Shown here piece after piece: positions 24,428-36,662 of a DNA stretch of 64,000 nt; position 1 is the first letter of the stretch, and the number at the start of each line of letters is the position of its first letter. The stretch lies in the NCBI RefSeq assembly GCF_006345805.1, contig NC_043021.1:8742001-8806000 (forward strand), read 5' to 3'. The stretch comes from Octopus sinensis. Lineage: Eukaryota. The notes below the pieces were generated by a model. It did not search any database. It worked only from the letters and a program-made list of their open reading frames with translations, and was not told the DNA's origin. The position numbers and the translations under genes were made by a program.

Positions 24428-24648
24428 TGCCTTCGAAACGCGAAGTAGATGAAACAGGGACAACTGATGAAGGGGAATATGTCTCGTTTCTCTGTCTTTT
24501 TCGTTGTTCGAAAAAAAGGTCGTTTTCTATGTTTTCGTTTCTCATTGTGTTCAACGTTTTTTTGATGTCCTGTACCCATATATGCATATATACATACATA
24601 TATATGTAGGTATGTACATATTTGTATGTATATATGCATATATTTATA

Positions 24649-24649
<1 letters not shown>

Positions 24650-24701
<52 letters not shown>
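24650..24701. repeat. (TTA)n microsatellite
   Basis: Direct inspection. Confidence 0.9.
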
Positions 24702-24705
<4 letters not shown>

Positions 24706-25280
24706 TATATATCTGCATGCTGCATGAAATCCATTGAAATACATTTGTTTATCTTAAACGATTTTGGATGTCCCCTATCATTTGCTGTGGTTAACCAGAC
24801 TTGGATTATCTGCATTTTATCTGAGTACTCATAAGGTACCTACCCGAATTTCAAATCCCTCTCACACACACACACACATGACAGATTTCCGTCTGCCAAA
24901 TTCCCTGTGGTACTGAGTCCGAAACCGTGTGGTTGCAAAGGAGCTGCTTAATCTTACAACCACGCCTGCGTCCATTTGATTCTCCTCTACCGTAGGCTCA
25001 TGCTTTAAAAAGTTCAATGAAAATGTTTATGCAGCAATAGTCTTTAGCACAACGTGTTATGCAAGAATCGACTTCACCATAATAGATTATTGGAAAATGG
25101 CTTTAGATATCGATTATTGTGTTTACAAATTTGATGCTTCATTTCAAATCCTGTTTTGTTGAAGCAGATCTGGATTTGAAACCAATTCCATGTGCGCCGT
25201 CATGGAATGATCGGCAGGAACTTATTCTTGATGCCTGTAATACTTTGCGAAAATATTTTCCAAAATCAAGAGTCAAAATA

Positions 25281-25697
25281 GGCGCAGGAGTGGCTGTGTG
25301 GTAAGTAGCTTGCTAACCAACCACATAGTTCCGGGTTCAGTCCCACTGCGTGGCATCTTGGGCAAGTGTCTTCTGCTATAGCCTCGGGCCGACCAATGCC
25401 TTGTGAGTGGATTTGGTAGACGGAAACTGAAAGAAGCCTGTCGTATATATATATATATATGTGTATGTATGTGTGTGTGTGTGTGTCTGTGTTTGTCCCC
25501 CTAGCATTGCTTGACAACCGATGCTGATGTGTTTACGTCCCCGTCACTTAGCGGTTCGGCAAAAAGAGACCGATAGAGTAAGTACTGGGCTTACAAAGAA
25601 TAAGTCCCGGGGTCGATTTGTTCGACTAAAGGCGTTGCTCCAGCATGGCCGCAGTCAAATGACTGAAACAAGTAAAAGAGTAAAAGAGTAAAAGAGT
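25281..25697 (+). mobile_element. SINE family A, full length
   Basis: Family A match; possible TSD agagtcaaa (25269-25277, 25693-25701). Confidence 0.92.
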
Positions 25698-25995
25698 CAA
25701 ACGAAAGTTTATTTTAATCTTTCCAATAATTGATTTCTTTTAACTAGGTACAGGACCAAATATTAAATATTACTTTTATTTTTAGTTCGGAAGAATGGAA
25801 TCAACAAAAATCGACTCCTGTCTACTTTTATCATCCATCAATGCTGTCCACATTCCAAAGAAAGAGAACCGATGCTAAACCAAGGTCCAATTATGGTCAA
25901 ATTATAGTTAAGTGATAATCGAAAAATATTCTTCCTCTGATATTGAGTGGAATCGTTAAATTATATTGAAACTATAAATATTTATTTATTTATTT

Positions 25996-26058
25996 CCCGG
26001 GCCGACCAATGCCTTGTGAGTGGGTTTGGTAGACGGAAACTGAAAGAAGCCTGTCGTA

Positions 26059-26105
<47 letters not shown>

Positions 26106-26292
26106 TTGTGTGCTGGTGTGTTTACACCCCCGTCACTTAGCGGTTCGGCAAAAAGAGACCGATAGAATAAGTACTGGGCTTACAAAAGAATAAGTCCCGG
26201 GGTTGATTTGCTCGACTAAAAAAAAAGGCGGTGCTCCAGCATGGCCGCAGTCAAATGACTGAAACAAGTAAAAGAGTAAAAGAGTAAAAGAG
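25996..26292 (+). mobile_element. SINE family A, 5' truncated
   Basis: Starts at cccgggccgacc within the family A body. Confidence 0.88.
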
Positions 26293-26467
26293 TTATTTAT
26301 TTATTCATTCATTTATTTATTTATTATTTATTTATTTATTTATTTATTTATTCCATGAAGCAATGCAGCTGCTGATTGTTTAAGGTTACAGTTATATGCG
26401 TCAATGGTTGATAAAAACTTATTAAGTTTTCTCATATTCGGAGAATGAAAACAGGGCTCTTTTTTTT

Positions 26468-26695
26468 CTTTTACTCTTTTACTCTTTTACTTGTTTCAGT
26501 CATTTGACTGCGGCCATGCTGGAGCGCCGCCTTTAGTCGAGCACATTGACCCCAGAACTTATTCTTTGTAAACCTAATACTTATTCTATCGGTCTCTTTT
26601 GCCGAACCGCTAAGTTACGGGGATGTAAACACACCAGCATCGGTTATCAAGCGATGTTGGGGGGGACAAACACAGACACACAAACATATACACAA

Positions 26696-26792
<97 letters not shown>

Positions 26793-26965
26793 CATATACA
26801 TATATACGACAGGCTTCTTTCAGTTTCCGTCTACCAAATCCACTCACAAGGCTTTGTCGGCCCGAGGCTATAGTAGAGACACTTGCCAAGGTGCCACGCA
26901 GTGGGAATGAACCCGGAACCATGTGGTTGGTAAGCAACCTACTTACCACACAGCCACTCCTGCGC
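26468..26965 (-). mobile_element. SINE family A with expanded internal (TA)n
   Basis: Family A match; tail-to-tail with 25996-26292. Confidence 0.9.
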
Positions 26966-27067
26966 TGTTCATACTTCTCCGAAGAACATAAATTAACCAA
27001 GACAGAGAAATAGCTACAACAGCGAATCGAACACTGATCAGGACTACTCTAAAATATATATTTATAT

Positions 27068-27200
27068 TCTTTTCTACTCTAGGCACAAGGCCCGAAATTC
27101 TGGGGGAGGGAGCCAGTCGATTAGATCGACCCCAGTTCGCAACTGGTACTTAATTTATCAACCCCGTAAAGATGAAAAGCAAAGTCGACATCGACGGAAA
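27068..27200 (-). mobile_element. SINE family C variant, 5' truncated
   Basis: aggcacaaggcc...gatcgaccccagt...ggtacttaatttatc. Confidence 0.75.
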
Positions 27201-27227
27201 TACATATTTATATTACACTGGCTGATA

Positions 27228-28035
27228 TACGAGGCGGTATCAAAAAGTTCCCTGATTAGTTCTGTAACACGCCAGCAGATGGCAGCACACGGTTGCGTGC
27301 GCAGTGAGAGCTAGCAGTGACCTTCAGGAGGCAGAGTGCCGAGTAACATTGCTGTGTTTACTTCGCAAGTTGTGAAATTTGTGTTTTTGTGATCACGTGT
27401 ATGTTGTAGTGTGCGATTTTTGTCATGGAGAGGAAGTTGGAACAAAGAGCCCAGGTGGGAAGTCTGCTACAGAGACATTGAGCATGCTTTGGCAAGCTTA
27501 TGGCGACGAGGCAATGGGTTCGTACGCAATGTTTCGAGTGGCACGGGTGCTTCAAAAGCAGAAGAACGTCTCTGGAAGACAATGAGCGATCTGGAAGACC
27601 TGCCACGAACTTCATCTCCAGAAATATGGCGAAAATTCATCAGCTTATGTATGAGGATCAACGGAGGACAATCAACACCTTGTCACTAAGTTCACCTCAC
27701 TCGTGCGTTTCTTGCCCAAAACATGATATCGCTTCCGCACCTGCCCTACTCGCCAAATTTAGCGCCTGCGGACGTCCATCTCTTCCCCTTGATGAAAATA
27801 CAGCTCAAAGGTCACAGTTTTAACACCGTTGTCGAGATCAAGAGCAAATCACAGCAGGTTCTCGACTAGCTTACGGAAAATGACTTCCAGGTCGGATTCC
27901 AAAAGTGGCAGGAACGCAAGGACCGGTGTGTTGCTGCGCAAGGTGACTATTTCGAAGGAGATGATGTTAAAACTTAGGTAAATAAATTTTTTCTATTAAA
28001 CATAACTAGACCGAAAACTTTTTGATGCTCTCGTA
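27228..28035 (+). mobile_element. Internally deleted mariner element with both imperfect TIRs
   Basis: Left end tacgaggcggtatcaaaaagttccc, right end (reverse complement) tacgagagcatcaaaaagttttcgg; translated GKSATETLSMLWQAYGDEAM, SLEDNERSGRP, LPYSPNLAPADVHLFP, FQKWQER..RCVAAQGDYFEGD; the central catalytic region is deleted. Confidence 0.88.
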
Positions 28036-28244
28036 GTAGAGTCTGTTTCTTGCCCATTTATAATTAGTGTAGCGTAGGAATGGTTGATCAATTTCATTGT
28101 TAGGGAAGTGGATACAGTTGAATACTTATCCCACTGTATATTGCTGGTTGTAACTGGAGCCCCAGTGCTCGCTTGCTGTAGGTGAAGCATTTTCTCACAA
28201 AGCATCACTCCACCGTCTTTAGAAACGAAACATTGAGATACAAA

Positions 28245-28404
28245 GGCGTAGAAGTGGCTGTGTGGCAAGTAGCTTGCTTACGAGCCACATGGTTCCGGGT
28301 TCAGTCCCACTGCATGGCACCTTGGGCAAGTGTCTTCTACTATAGCCTCGGGCCGACCAAAACTTTGTGAGTGGATTCGGTAGACGGAAACTGAAAGAAG
28401 CCCG

Positions 28405-28448
<44 letters not shown>

Positions 28449-28706
28449 TATGTATGTATGTATGTATTGTATGTATGTATTATGTATGTGTGTGTGGTGT
28501 GTCTGTGTTTGTCCCCCCAACCTCGCTTGACAAACCGATGCTGGTTGTGTTTACGTTCCCGTAACTTAGCGTTTCGGCAAAAGAGACCGATAGAATAAGT
28601 ATTAGGCTTACAAAAGAATAAGTACTGGGATCGATTTGCTCGACTAAAGGCTGTGCTCCAACATGGCCACAGTCAAATGACTGAAACAAGTAAAAGAGTA
28701 AAAGAG
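28245..28706 (+). mobile_element. SINE family A, full length
   Basis: Family A match. Confidence 0.9.
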
Positions 28707-29146
28707 TATACATTATACCTGAAAATAAGAAACAGACGAGATGGCCACGGGTGAAACACGTGTGATCATAAACAAGAATGAACTGAAACAGATCGGCTTT
28801 GATCATAGGTTATGATGACTCCAGGCTTCATGTATGAGTTTTTTAATATCTCACGGCGATGTAATATTAAACTGACCACAAGAGAATTCAGAATATAACA
28901 AGACAGAACTACAAAGTATTTAATTTGGTTCACTAGTATTTCTGTCTACACTACCGGATAATTTGATTATTTAAATATCTGATGAGGCAAAACAATAATA
29001 TGATTTCAATTCTCCATCGAAATCTTTTTCAAGAAATGGAACATAAGGAAGAGCAATGTCACTGACATTTAACGACCTCTCTCTTCTAACGAGGCCGTTC
29101 ATGTTGATATTTTGCCAGGCGAAACCTGTAGAGAAAACTAAGCTAT

Positions 29147-29552
29147 ACTTTTTACTCTTTTTACTCTTTTATTTGTTTCAGTCATTTGACTGCGACCATG
29201 CTGGAGCACCGCCTTTAGTTGAGCAACTCAACCCCGGGACTTAATCTTTGTAAGCCCAGTACTTATTCTATCGGTCTCTTTTGCCGAACCGCTAAGTGAC
29301 AGAGACGTAAACACACCAGCATCGGTTGTCAAGCAATGCTAGGGGGACAAACACACACACACATACATATATATACATATACATATATACGACAGGCTTC
29401 TTTCAGTTTCCGTCTACCAAATCCACTCACAAGGCATTGGTCGGCCCGGGGTTATAGCAGAAGACACTTGCCCAAGATGCCACGCAGTGGGACTGAACCC
29501 GGAACCATGTGGTTGGTTAGCAAGCTACTTACCACACAGCCACTCCTGCGCC
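29147..29552 (-). mobile_element. SINE family A, full length
   Basis: Family A match; tail-to-tail with 28245-28706. Confidence 0.92.
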
Positions 29553-30239
29553 TATACGACTGATTCAGAAGTTGTAGTCTTGAGAAGGATATCGGGATTT
29601 CGAGTTCAATCCTATTACGCAGTACCTTGACAATTAGTTTTTACCGTTTCCTCATCTCAACCATTTTAGAAGCCCATTGATGAGAACGATTTTAGCATGG
29701 CAAACTCAGTTCGTCGTCCACCCAGTCTCTGGGTGGTTTTAGCAGATTCCACTCTGTTGTAAGCAATCTGGTCTCTTTGAAAAAAAATATCATGGATGCG
29801 GTCCTTTTCCCCGCTAAGACCGAAAAAATATAAAGCATTTTATTCATGCCAAAGGAATCAATGAAAAATAGATACAAGGATCACATTGAGTATCGTAATA
29901 TTTGGCGAAGATTAAACAGAATCATGATTATAGATTATAGATAACTGGTCTATCAGCAGAAATTCTTGTAGACTTTGGAACTGAAGTTAGAAATGTTATT
30001 AAAAGGAAAACTACGAATAAATTCTCAATCGGTAAAACGAAATGAAAGGTTTACGGAATAAAAATAGTGAATAGAATAATGAGTTAATTTCAAAATAAGT
30101 AAATACAAATTAGTTTAGTCAGCGGAAGTTACAGATAAAAACAAACGTATATTAGATGTAAGAATATTAATCTTTATGCTAAAGGTAAAGAGTAAGAAGC
30201 CATAACTGAACCATAACTAACAATTCCTACAGCCAGAAA

Positions 30240-30340
30240 ATACAATTGTGAAATGGTAAAACAGATATGTGGAACAAGTTGGACCAGAAGTGGTTCTTGG
30301 AAAACACTCGACAATCAGAAATATATGTACGGAACTGAAG
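30240..30340 (+). mobile_element. Possible CR1/L2-type LINE 3' remnant
   Basis: Short MWNKL...VVLGKTLDN-like translation across frameshifts; weak. Confidence 0.3.
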
Positions 30341-30614
30341 AATACAAAAATAATGAGTACAAAAATATATGGCGAGCTTTGATGAATTGGAAGGCATTTA
30401 AATGTTTAACTGTTTAACATTCTGATCACTCTATCGAATGTAATGCTTGTTTATTCACATTGTCTTGAACTAATCATGCATTATCATGTAGTGTAGCTTC
30501 TAGATTTCGATGATGTGATTGATTATTTTTAGAATTGCAGTAAAGGGCAGGCGTGAGAGGTTGGATTTGGCCTGTTTGAACATAAAACCGCTAGAATATT
30601 TGGGCTACATATGA

Positions 30615-30790
30615 TCAGCGAGCGGGCACCGTTTGAAGTGCTTGGCGGTATTTCGTCTGCCTATAAGTTCAAATTCTTCCAAGGTCGACTTTGCTTTCCA
30701 TCTTTTCAGAGTCGATGAAATAAGTACCAATTGAATACTGGGGTCGATGTAATCGACTGGCCTCCTCCCTTGTGCCTAGAGTAGAAAAGA
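30615..30790 (+). mobile_element. SINE family C variant (alternative tail), diverged
   Basis: gcggtatttcgtctg...gtcgactttgc...ggggtcgatgtaatcgactggcctcctcccttgtgcctaga. Confidence 0.75.
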
Positions 30791-30805
30791 ATATCCCACT
30801 AGCTT

Positions 30806-31241
30806 GCAGAAGACAGTGTGTGTAGCAGTATTTTGACTGTAGCTGGCAGAATCGTTAGCACGCTGGGCGAAATGCTTAGCGGTATTTCGTCTGCCGCTAC
30901 GTTCTGAGTTCAAATCCGCCGAGGTCGACTTTGCCTTTCATCCTTTCGGGGTCGATTAAATAAGTACCAGTTACGCACTGGGGTCGATGTAATCGACTTA
31001 ATCCGTTTGTTTGTCCTCTCTGTGTTTAGCCCCTTGTGGGTAGTAAAGAAATAGGTATTTTGTCTGCGGGTATTTCGTTCTGAGTTCAAATTCCGCCGAG
31101 GTCAACTTTGCTTTTCCTCCTTCCTGGGTCGATTAAATAAGTACCAGTTACGCACTGGGGTCGATGTAATCGACTTCATCCCTTTGTCTGTCCTTGTTTG
31201 TCCCCTCTATCTTTAGCCTCCTGTAGGGTAATAAAGAAATA
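30806..31241 (+). mobile_element. SINE family C head-to-tail dimer with a 35-bp 5' extension and a 16-bp TSD
   Basis: Units 30841-31053 and 31054-31241; TSD aatatcccactagctt at 30790-30805 and 31242-31257. Confidence 0.88.
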
Positions 31242-31506
31242 AATATCCCACTAGCTTCTCATATTTATCTACTTCGAAAATAAACCATATATATCACAAA
31301 ATCCATTTGAAGGGTTAATATCTGACAGTACCCCATTGACTTTGCATATGTTAGTAAACAAACAAACAAACTAATATTTCAATTCTCGTGTCAGTACCAG
31401 TAAGACTTCCTGTAAGTGCTAACAAGACCGAAGTTAAAACCCAGCATAGTTTCATACAAGTACTAGGAAGATCACTCAGCTATTATTTCAAATTAATATA
31501 GATGAG

Positions 31507-31841
31507 GCGCATGGCTCAGTAGTTAGAGCGTCGAGCTTACGATCGTGAGGTTGTGAGCTCGAATCCCGGACCGGGCTGCGTGTTGTGTTCTTGAGCAAGA
31601 CACTTTACTTCACGTTGCTCCAGTTCACTCAGCTGTAGAAATGAGTTGCGACGTCACAGGTACCAAGCTGTATCGGCCTCTTTGCCTTTCCCTTGGATAA
31701 CACTGGTGGCGTGGAGAGGGGAGGCCGGTATGCATGGGCGACTGCTGGTCTTCCATAAACAACCTTGTCCGGACTTGCCCTGGGAGGGTAACTTTCTAGG
31801 TGCAATCCCATGATCAGTGTTGTGACCGAAGGGGGTCTCAG
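31507..31841 (+). mobile_element. SINE family D, full length, 12-bp TSD
   Basis: A box TGGCTCAGTAG, B-box-like GAGCTCGAATCC, CORE-like ttgtgttcttgagcaagacact; TSD aatatagatgag at 31495-31506 and 31842-31853. Confidence 0.9.
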
Positions 31842-33334
31842 AATATAGATGAGAACTAGACGGAGGAAGACTTGAGAACACCACCCTATCGAGTTGTAGT
31901 ACCAGTTCTTCAAATCTATCGCTATGGATCTGATCTTGTATTCTATCTCTCATTAACTCTCTCTTTCTCTTTCTGTCTTTCTCTCATTATCGCTCTCGTT
32001 CTCGCCATTTTAAAACATTTACAATATGGAAAGTGGTCAGCTGAAAGAAAACGAGAAGAGTTTATTGTAAATAGAGGCGAAAATGTAACAAAGAATAAAT
32101 CCCAAACTACTTATAATATTCAACGATTACCGTTTGGGCTAAATATAATATTCTGCTAAATAATCTCGATCAATACATTCTTATGGCGCCTACTTTAAAA
32201 TGATGTTTAAAACCAAAATGAAGCATATCATGTGATACAAACTTACTTCTGAATATCGACAAGTCAATATATTTATTTAATCTTCTTTTTGCTTGGAAAA
32301 TACGATTATCGTATTGATTATGTAGAAAGCTTTCATTTATTCAAATGTACCTTGGTTGATTTGAAATTCTTTGTTTACCTAGAATTAATCCATTCATGTC
32401 AATAACCGCTTTCACAAGAAAACAGTTGGCGAGGCGAGATCTTTGTACCCCCCCCCAAAAAAAAAACAGTATTGTAACTTTAGATATTTGGGCCTGTTCA
32501 GTCGAAATTTTATTGGATGGCAACAATTGATATGAAGATTAGGTTTACACTGCCCTATTGTTTCACTACATATACTTTCACTACAGCATAGTTTCACAAG
32601 ACTATAGTTTTACTATACGTAAAGTCAATACCACCATGACTGATATCCAATCTACAGTGGAGAAGGCTAGCCACTGGATTTGGTTAAAAAGAGACGATGA
32701 GCGATGGCTAGAAGTATATTGAGTTCTTCATAACCAGCTGATCTAGCAAGCGGGGCCTCATATCAGTGAGGGGGGGGGGCGGTACGCATTGATGCCGTCG
32801 AGAGGTAGGCCCCGAAACGGCGCGCATTCTCTCCTGATGACCCCATACACTTGCTAGCTTCCGATATACGGAGCTTTTAACTGGTAGCACTTGCATGTGC
32901 AAGTTGTTTGCAAGACATCGATGCCATAGTTTCACTACGCCATAGTTTCATTGCATTATGAATTGATTGTATTAAGGTTTGATAGCATTTGGTTTCCCTC
33001 TCACGTAGCGTGTTTCCATGACGTGTATAAATCTCAAAAGGAAGAAAATATATTTATTTATGAATGGATAATTTACTAGGATAATATTAGACACGATATT
33101 TCGTTTTGGGATTTGGTTTGCAAGATTCTTTATATGAGTTCGCGTGTTGAAACATATTCTGTTGTGTCTGGGGAGAGTCATTTTCTTTTTGTGCCTTATA
33201 ATGTAACACACTCACCGGTGAAATTTCCACTTATTTCTTCTTTTTTTTATTTTCCTAAAATTTTCGTTGCGTCTTGCAACCTTCTCAATAGTCTTGACTC
33301 TGTCTGTTATTTACACTATAGGTACACGACATGA

Positions 33335-33505
33335 AGATTTTGCGGGGAGCGGTAAATCAATTACATTGACCCTAGTTCTTGACTGGAACTATGTTTATCG
33401 ACTCCGAAAGGATGTAAGACAAAGCTGACCACGGCGGTATTTGAAGTTAGAACGTAAAACCGCTTAACATTCTGACCGGGATGTTAACGATTCTTTCAGC
33501 TCGCC
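33335..33505 (-). mobile_element. Old SINE family C-related remnant
   Basis: Diverged tttatcgactccgaaaggatg...ggcggtatttgaagttagaacg. Confidence 0.6.
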
Positions 33506-33843
33506 ACCCCCTCTTAAATTATGTTAATCATGACTCTCCCAAGATACAACAAACTTTGTTTCAACACAAGAATTCGCATAAAGTATCTTGCAAACCAGAT
33601 ACAAAAATGAATTATCACAAGAAGCAATTTGACACATTAGATATAGGTTGACAGACAATCTTGAACCAAATGTCAAAATGACACCAACGGGCTCGGTTGT
33701 CTTTGCTGTATCACATTGATATCTATTATCATCTGTTATCCATTTATACAGCGTGTTAGTGATGTGTAGATGCCAAATAACTGAGTGGATAACTTACTAG
33801 ACAACACAGTTCTATATTTAAGAGATGACGAATTATGTACATT

Positions 33844-34094
33844 ATTTACATTATTTACAATTGACGGATATTTGTCCTCATCTTGTTTGTTGTTAACACA
33901 ACGTTTCGGCTGATATACTATCCAGCCTTCATCAAGTGTGTTGGGGAAATTTCGAACCTGGTTTCTCATTCCTAAGGTATTTTCGAAATTTCCCCAAGAC
34001 ACCTGATGAAGGCTGGAGGGTATATCAGCCGAAACGTTGTGTTAACAACAAACAAGATGGCGACAAATATCCGTTAAATGTAACTAATGTAAAT
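33844..34094. mobile_element. Palindromic Penelope-like terminal repeat pair (113-bp arms, 25-bp spacer), each arm carrying a hammerhead motif
   Basis: Arms 33844-33956 and 33982-34094 are near reverse complements. Confidence 0.8.
33998..34043 (+). ncRNA. Minimal type-I hammerhead ribozyme motif
   Basis: gacac-CUGAUGA-a-ggcug gaggguauau cagcc-GAAAC-GUU-guguu; palindromic AACGUU; the mirror copy at 33895-33940 (minus) has UUGAUGA. Confidence 0.7.
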
Positions 34095-34912
34095 TACTAG
34101 ACAACGTTCACTTATTGCGCTTTCACTCTTCACCTCATTAACACTAGCTTCCGGAAATGTATGCTTATATTTCATGAGAAAAAGGTCAATAGGAGCTGAT
34201 CAGCCATCACCCATTCATGGATATTTCTGGCTACGAAACAGATGGATGTATCTGGCTAAGAAACAAAGAAACAGACTGTCTTCTTGCAATAGAGCGTGAG
34301 AAAAACACTTATATTTGTTTAGTAATTCGATTCGATAAATACCATCACCTGCTTGAACTTTCCTAACTAGAAATACCAATCAAAGGTGATCAACATGATT
34401 GATGTAAGGGGTGGGACGGGCGCGAAAATTACGGCAGTTTTTTTGTGAAGGTCATACGTGACGTAAGTGAAGTGAAACGTCTGCAACCAGGAATCGAAAC
34501 TTCTTACACAAGACGCTGCGACATCAACCGAAATCAGATTAGACAACAATTACGAAGTATTTCTTGTAGCTTATCAAGTTTCTTTGTATGATTGCATAAT
34601 GCATTTTTGCCTCTTCCTTTACCTTCTCTTTACACTGACCTCTCCCTCTCTCCCTCTCTCTCTTTCTCTCTAAACCTGTCCTTTCTCTCCCCATTTATCT
34701 CACTACAATCCTCTCTCTTCCTTTCTCTCCCTCTTTCTCTCTCTTACACACACAGAACCACCCCTCTATTTCTTGTTCTCCTTCTCTCTACACACACACT
34801 GTCTTCCATGTTCTACTAGTTACACAAAATAAGTATCCCTAAAACAAAGATCTAAGGTGTTGGAGAAGACCACTGTTAACGGTTGCCTTCCTTACCTCCA
34901 CCTTAAATTATA

Positions 34913-35506
34913 TATTTCTTTATTGCCCACAAGTGGCTAAACACAGAGGGGACAAACAAGGACAGACAAAAGGATTAAGTCTATTACATCGACCCCAGTG
35001 CGTAACTGGTACTTAATTTATCGACCCCGAAAGGATGAAAGGTAAAGTCGACCTCGGCGGAATTTGAACTCAGAACGTAGCGGCAGACGAAATACCTATT
35101 TCTTTACTACCCAACAAGGGCTAAACACAGAAGGGACAAACAAGGACAGACAAAGAATTAAGTCGATTATATCGACCCCGTGCGTAACTGGTACTTATTT
35201 AATCGACCCCGAAAGGATGAAAGGCAAGCCAACCTCGGCGGAATTTGAACTCAGAACCGTAACGGCAGACGAAATACCTATTTCTTTACTACCCACAAGG
35301 ACTAAACACAGAGGACAAACAAGGACAGACAAAAGGATTAAGTCTATTACATCGACCCCAGTGCGTAATTGGTACTTAATTTATCGACTCCGAAAGGATG
35401 AAAGGCAAAGTCGACCTCGGCGGAATTTGAACTCAGAATGTAACGGCAGACGAAATACCGCTAAGCATTTCGCCCGGTGCGCTAACGTTTCTGCCAGCTC
35501 ACCGCC
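34913..35506 (-). mobile_element. SINE family C head-to-tail trimer with a single 13-bp TSD
   Basis: Units 34913-35096, 35097-35278 and 35279-35506 (only the last has the full head); TSD ccttaaattatat at 34901-34913 and 35515-35527. Confidence 0.9.
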
Positions 35507-35959
35507 TTTATCCCCCTTAAATTATATTAAAGGTACTAAGAAGCAATTTGACGCATAAAATAAAAATAGGTCGACAAGTAAAAGCAATGGAAAGAAGATT
35601 GGTTGGGTTAGAATGGTTACCTTCTTTTTAAACGAACTGACATGTGTTAGGGTATATCCTTGAAAAGACTAAGAGATTAAAATATGTGGCGTGTGTATTG
35701 GAGCTTGCTTAAGTGTAATGGAAGGACAAAATCAAGGCCAGTGACCTTGTTTCTTGAAACTAACTGGAGGCATTTCTGCATTCGGTTTGTATGCAAATCA
35801 GAATTTCTGAGGAGGTAGAATAGGATAAATTTTGAGGGAACTGGCTAAGAGTACGTAGTGTAGAGTGTTGGGCTGATACAGCTTAGCACCAATGAAATCG
35901 CAGATACAACATAAAATTGGAACACGCGCTTCGAGGCATTCAATCCAACACTTCGACGA

Positions 35960-36131
35960 CTGGTGTGTTCACGTCCCCGTAACTTAGCGTTTCGGCAAAA
36001 GAGAACCGATAGAATAAGTACTAGGCTTACAAAAGAATAAGTCCTGGGGTCGATTTGCCAGACTAAGGGCGGTGCTCCAGCATGGCCACAGTCAAATGAC
36101 TGAAACAAGTAAAAGAATAAAAGAATAAAAG
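35960..36131 (+). mobile_element. SINE family A, 3' half
   Basis: Family A tail match. Confidence 0.85.
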
Positions 36132-36662
36132 AATGTTATTACAATAGCCAGATCATTATGCACCCTGCAACCATTCTGTTTCAAGTTGCCCCATCGTGAA
36201 AACGTACGCACGAATAAGAAAGCATACATACATTCATACATACACACACTCATGGAGACATACCTATTTACATGCACACATACATCAATGCATACATGCA
36301 CGCATAAATACATAATGTGTACTTACATACATACATACAGACAGATATCTCCGTTGTTTTCTTACCCAAATCATGTTACTGTTATTTACCCCGTGATCAG
36401 TCTTGATCGCGCACACCAACATTAATAGGCCCTTCAAACATAACTATACAGTCTTTTCTCCCTGGGGTGAGGTCAGTGTACATATGATTATATTACCCAA
36501 CGTGCTCTTCCTTTTCTAAGAGCATTAATGATGTTATATACGGGAGATTCGGCTGTTATAAGTAGCAGATCCAGCGATGGTCTGAAGCCATCACTCAATC
36601 GTTAGTTTGTCCAAATTCAAGATTACTCTAACATTCGAAACAGTTTGCAAAGCTCCATATAT

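Noticed and set aside
24425-24490. GAAAC...CTGATGA in permuted order
   Set aside because: No GUH triplet or pairing helices in a valid hammerhead topology
29085-29135. CTAACGA-g-gcc...ggc-GAAAC-CT-GTA-gaga hammerhead-like string
   Set aside because: G5 is mutated and helix III is not palindromic; at best a decayed copy
31507-31580. tRNA-like sequences at SINE heads (also 52162, 10021 and others)
   Set aside because: A and B boxes are present but there is no acceptor stem, and each continues into a SINE body; not tRNA genes
32800-32860. ccGAAACgg...CTGATGA in a GC-rich patch
   Set aside because: No helix II complementarity or NUH site; chance co-occurrence
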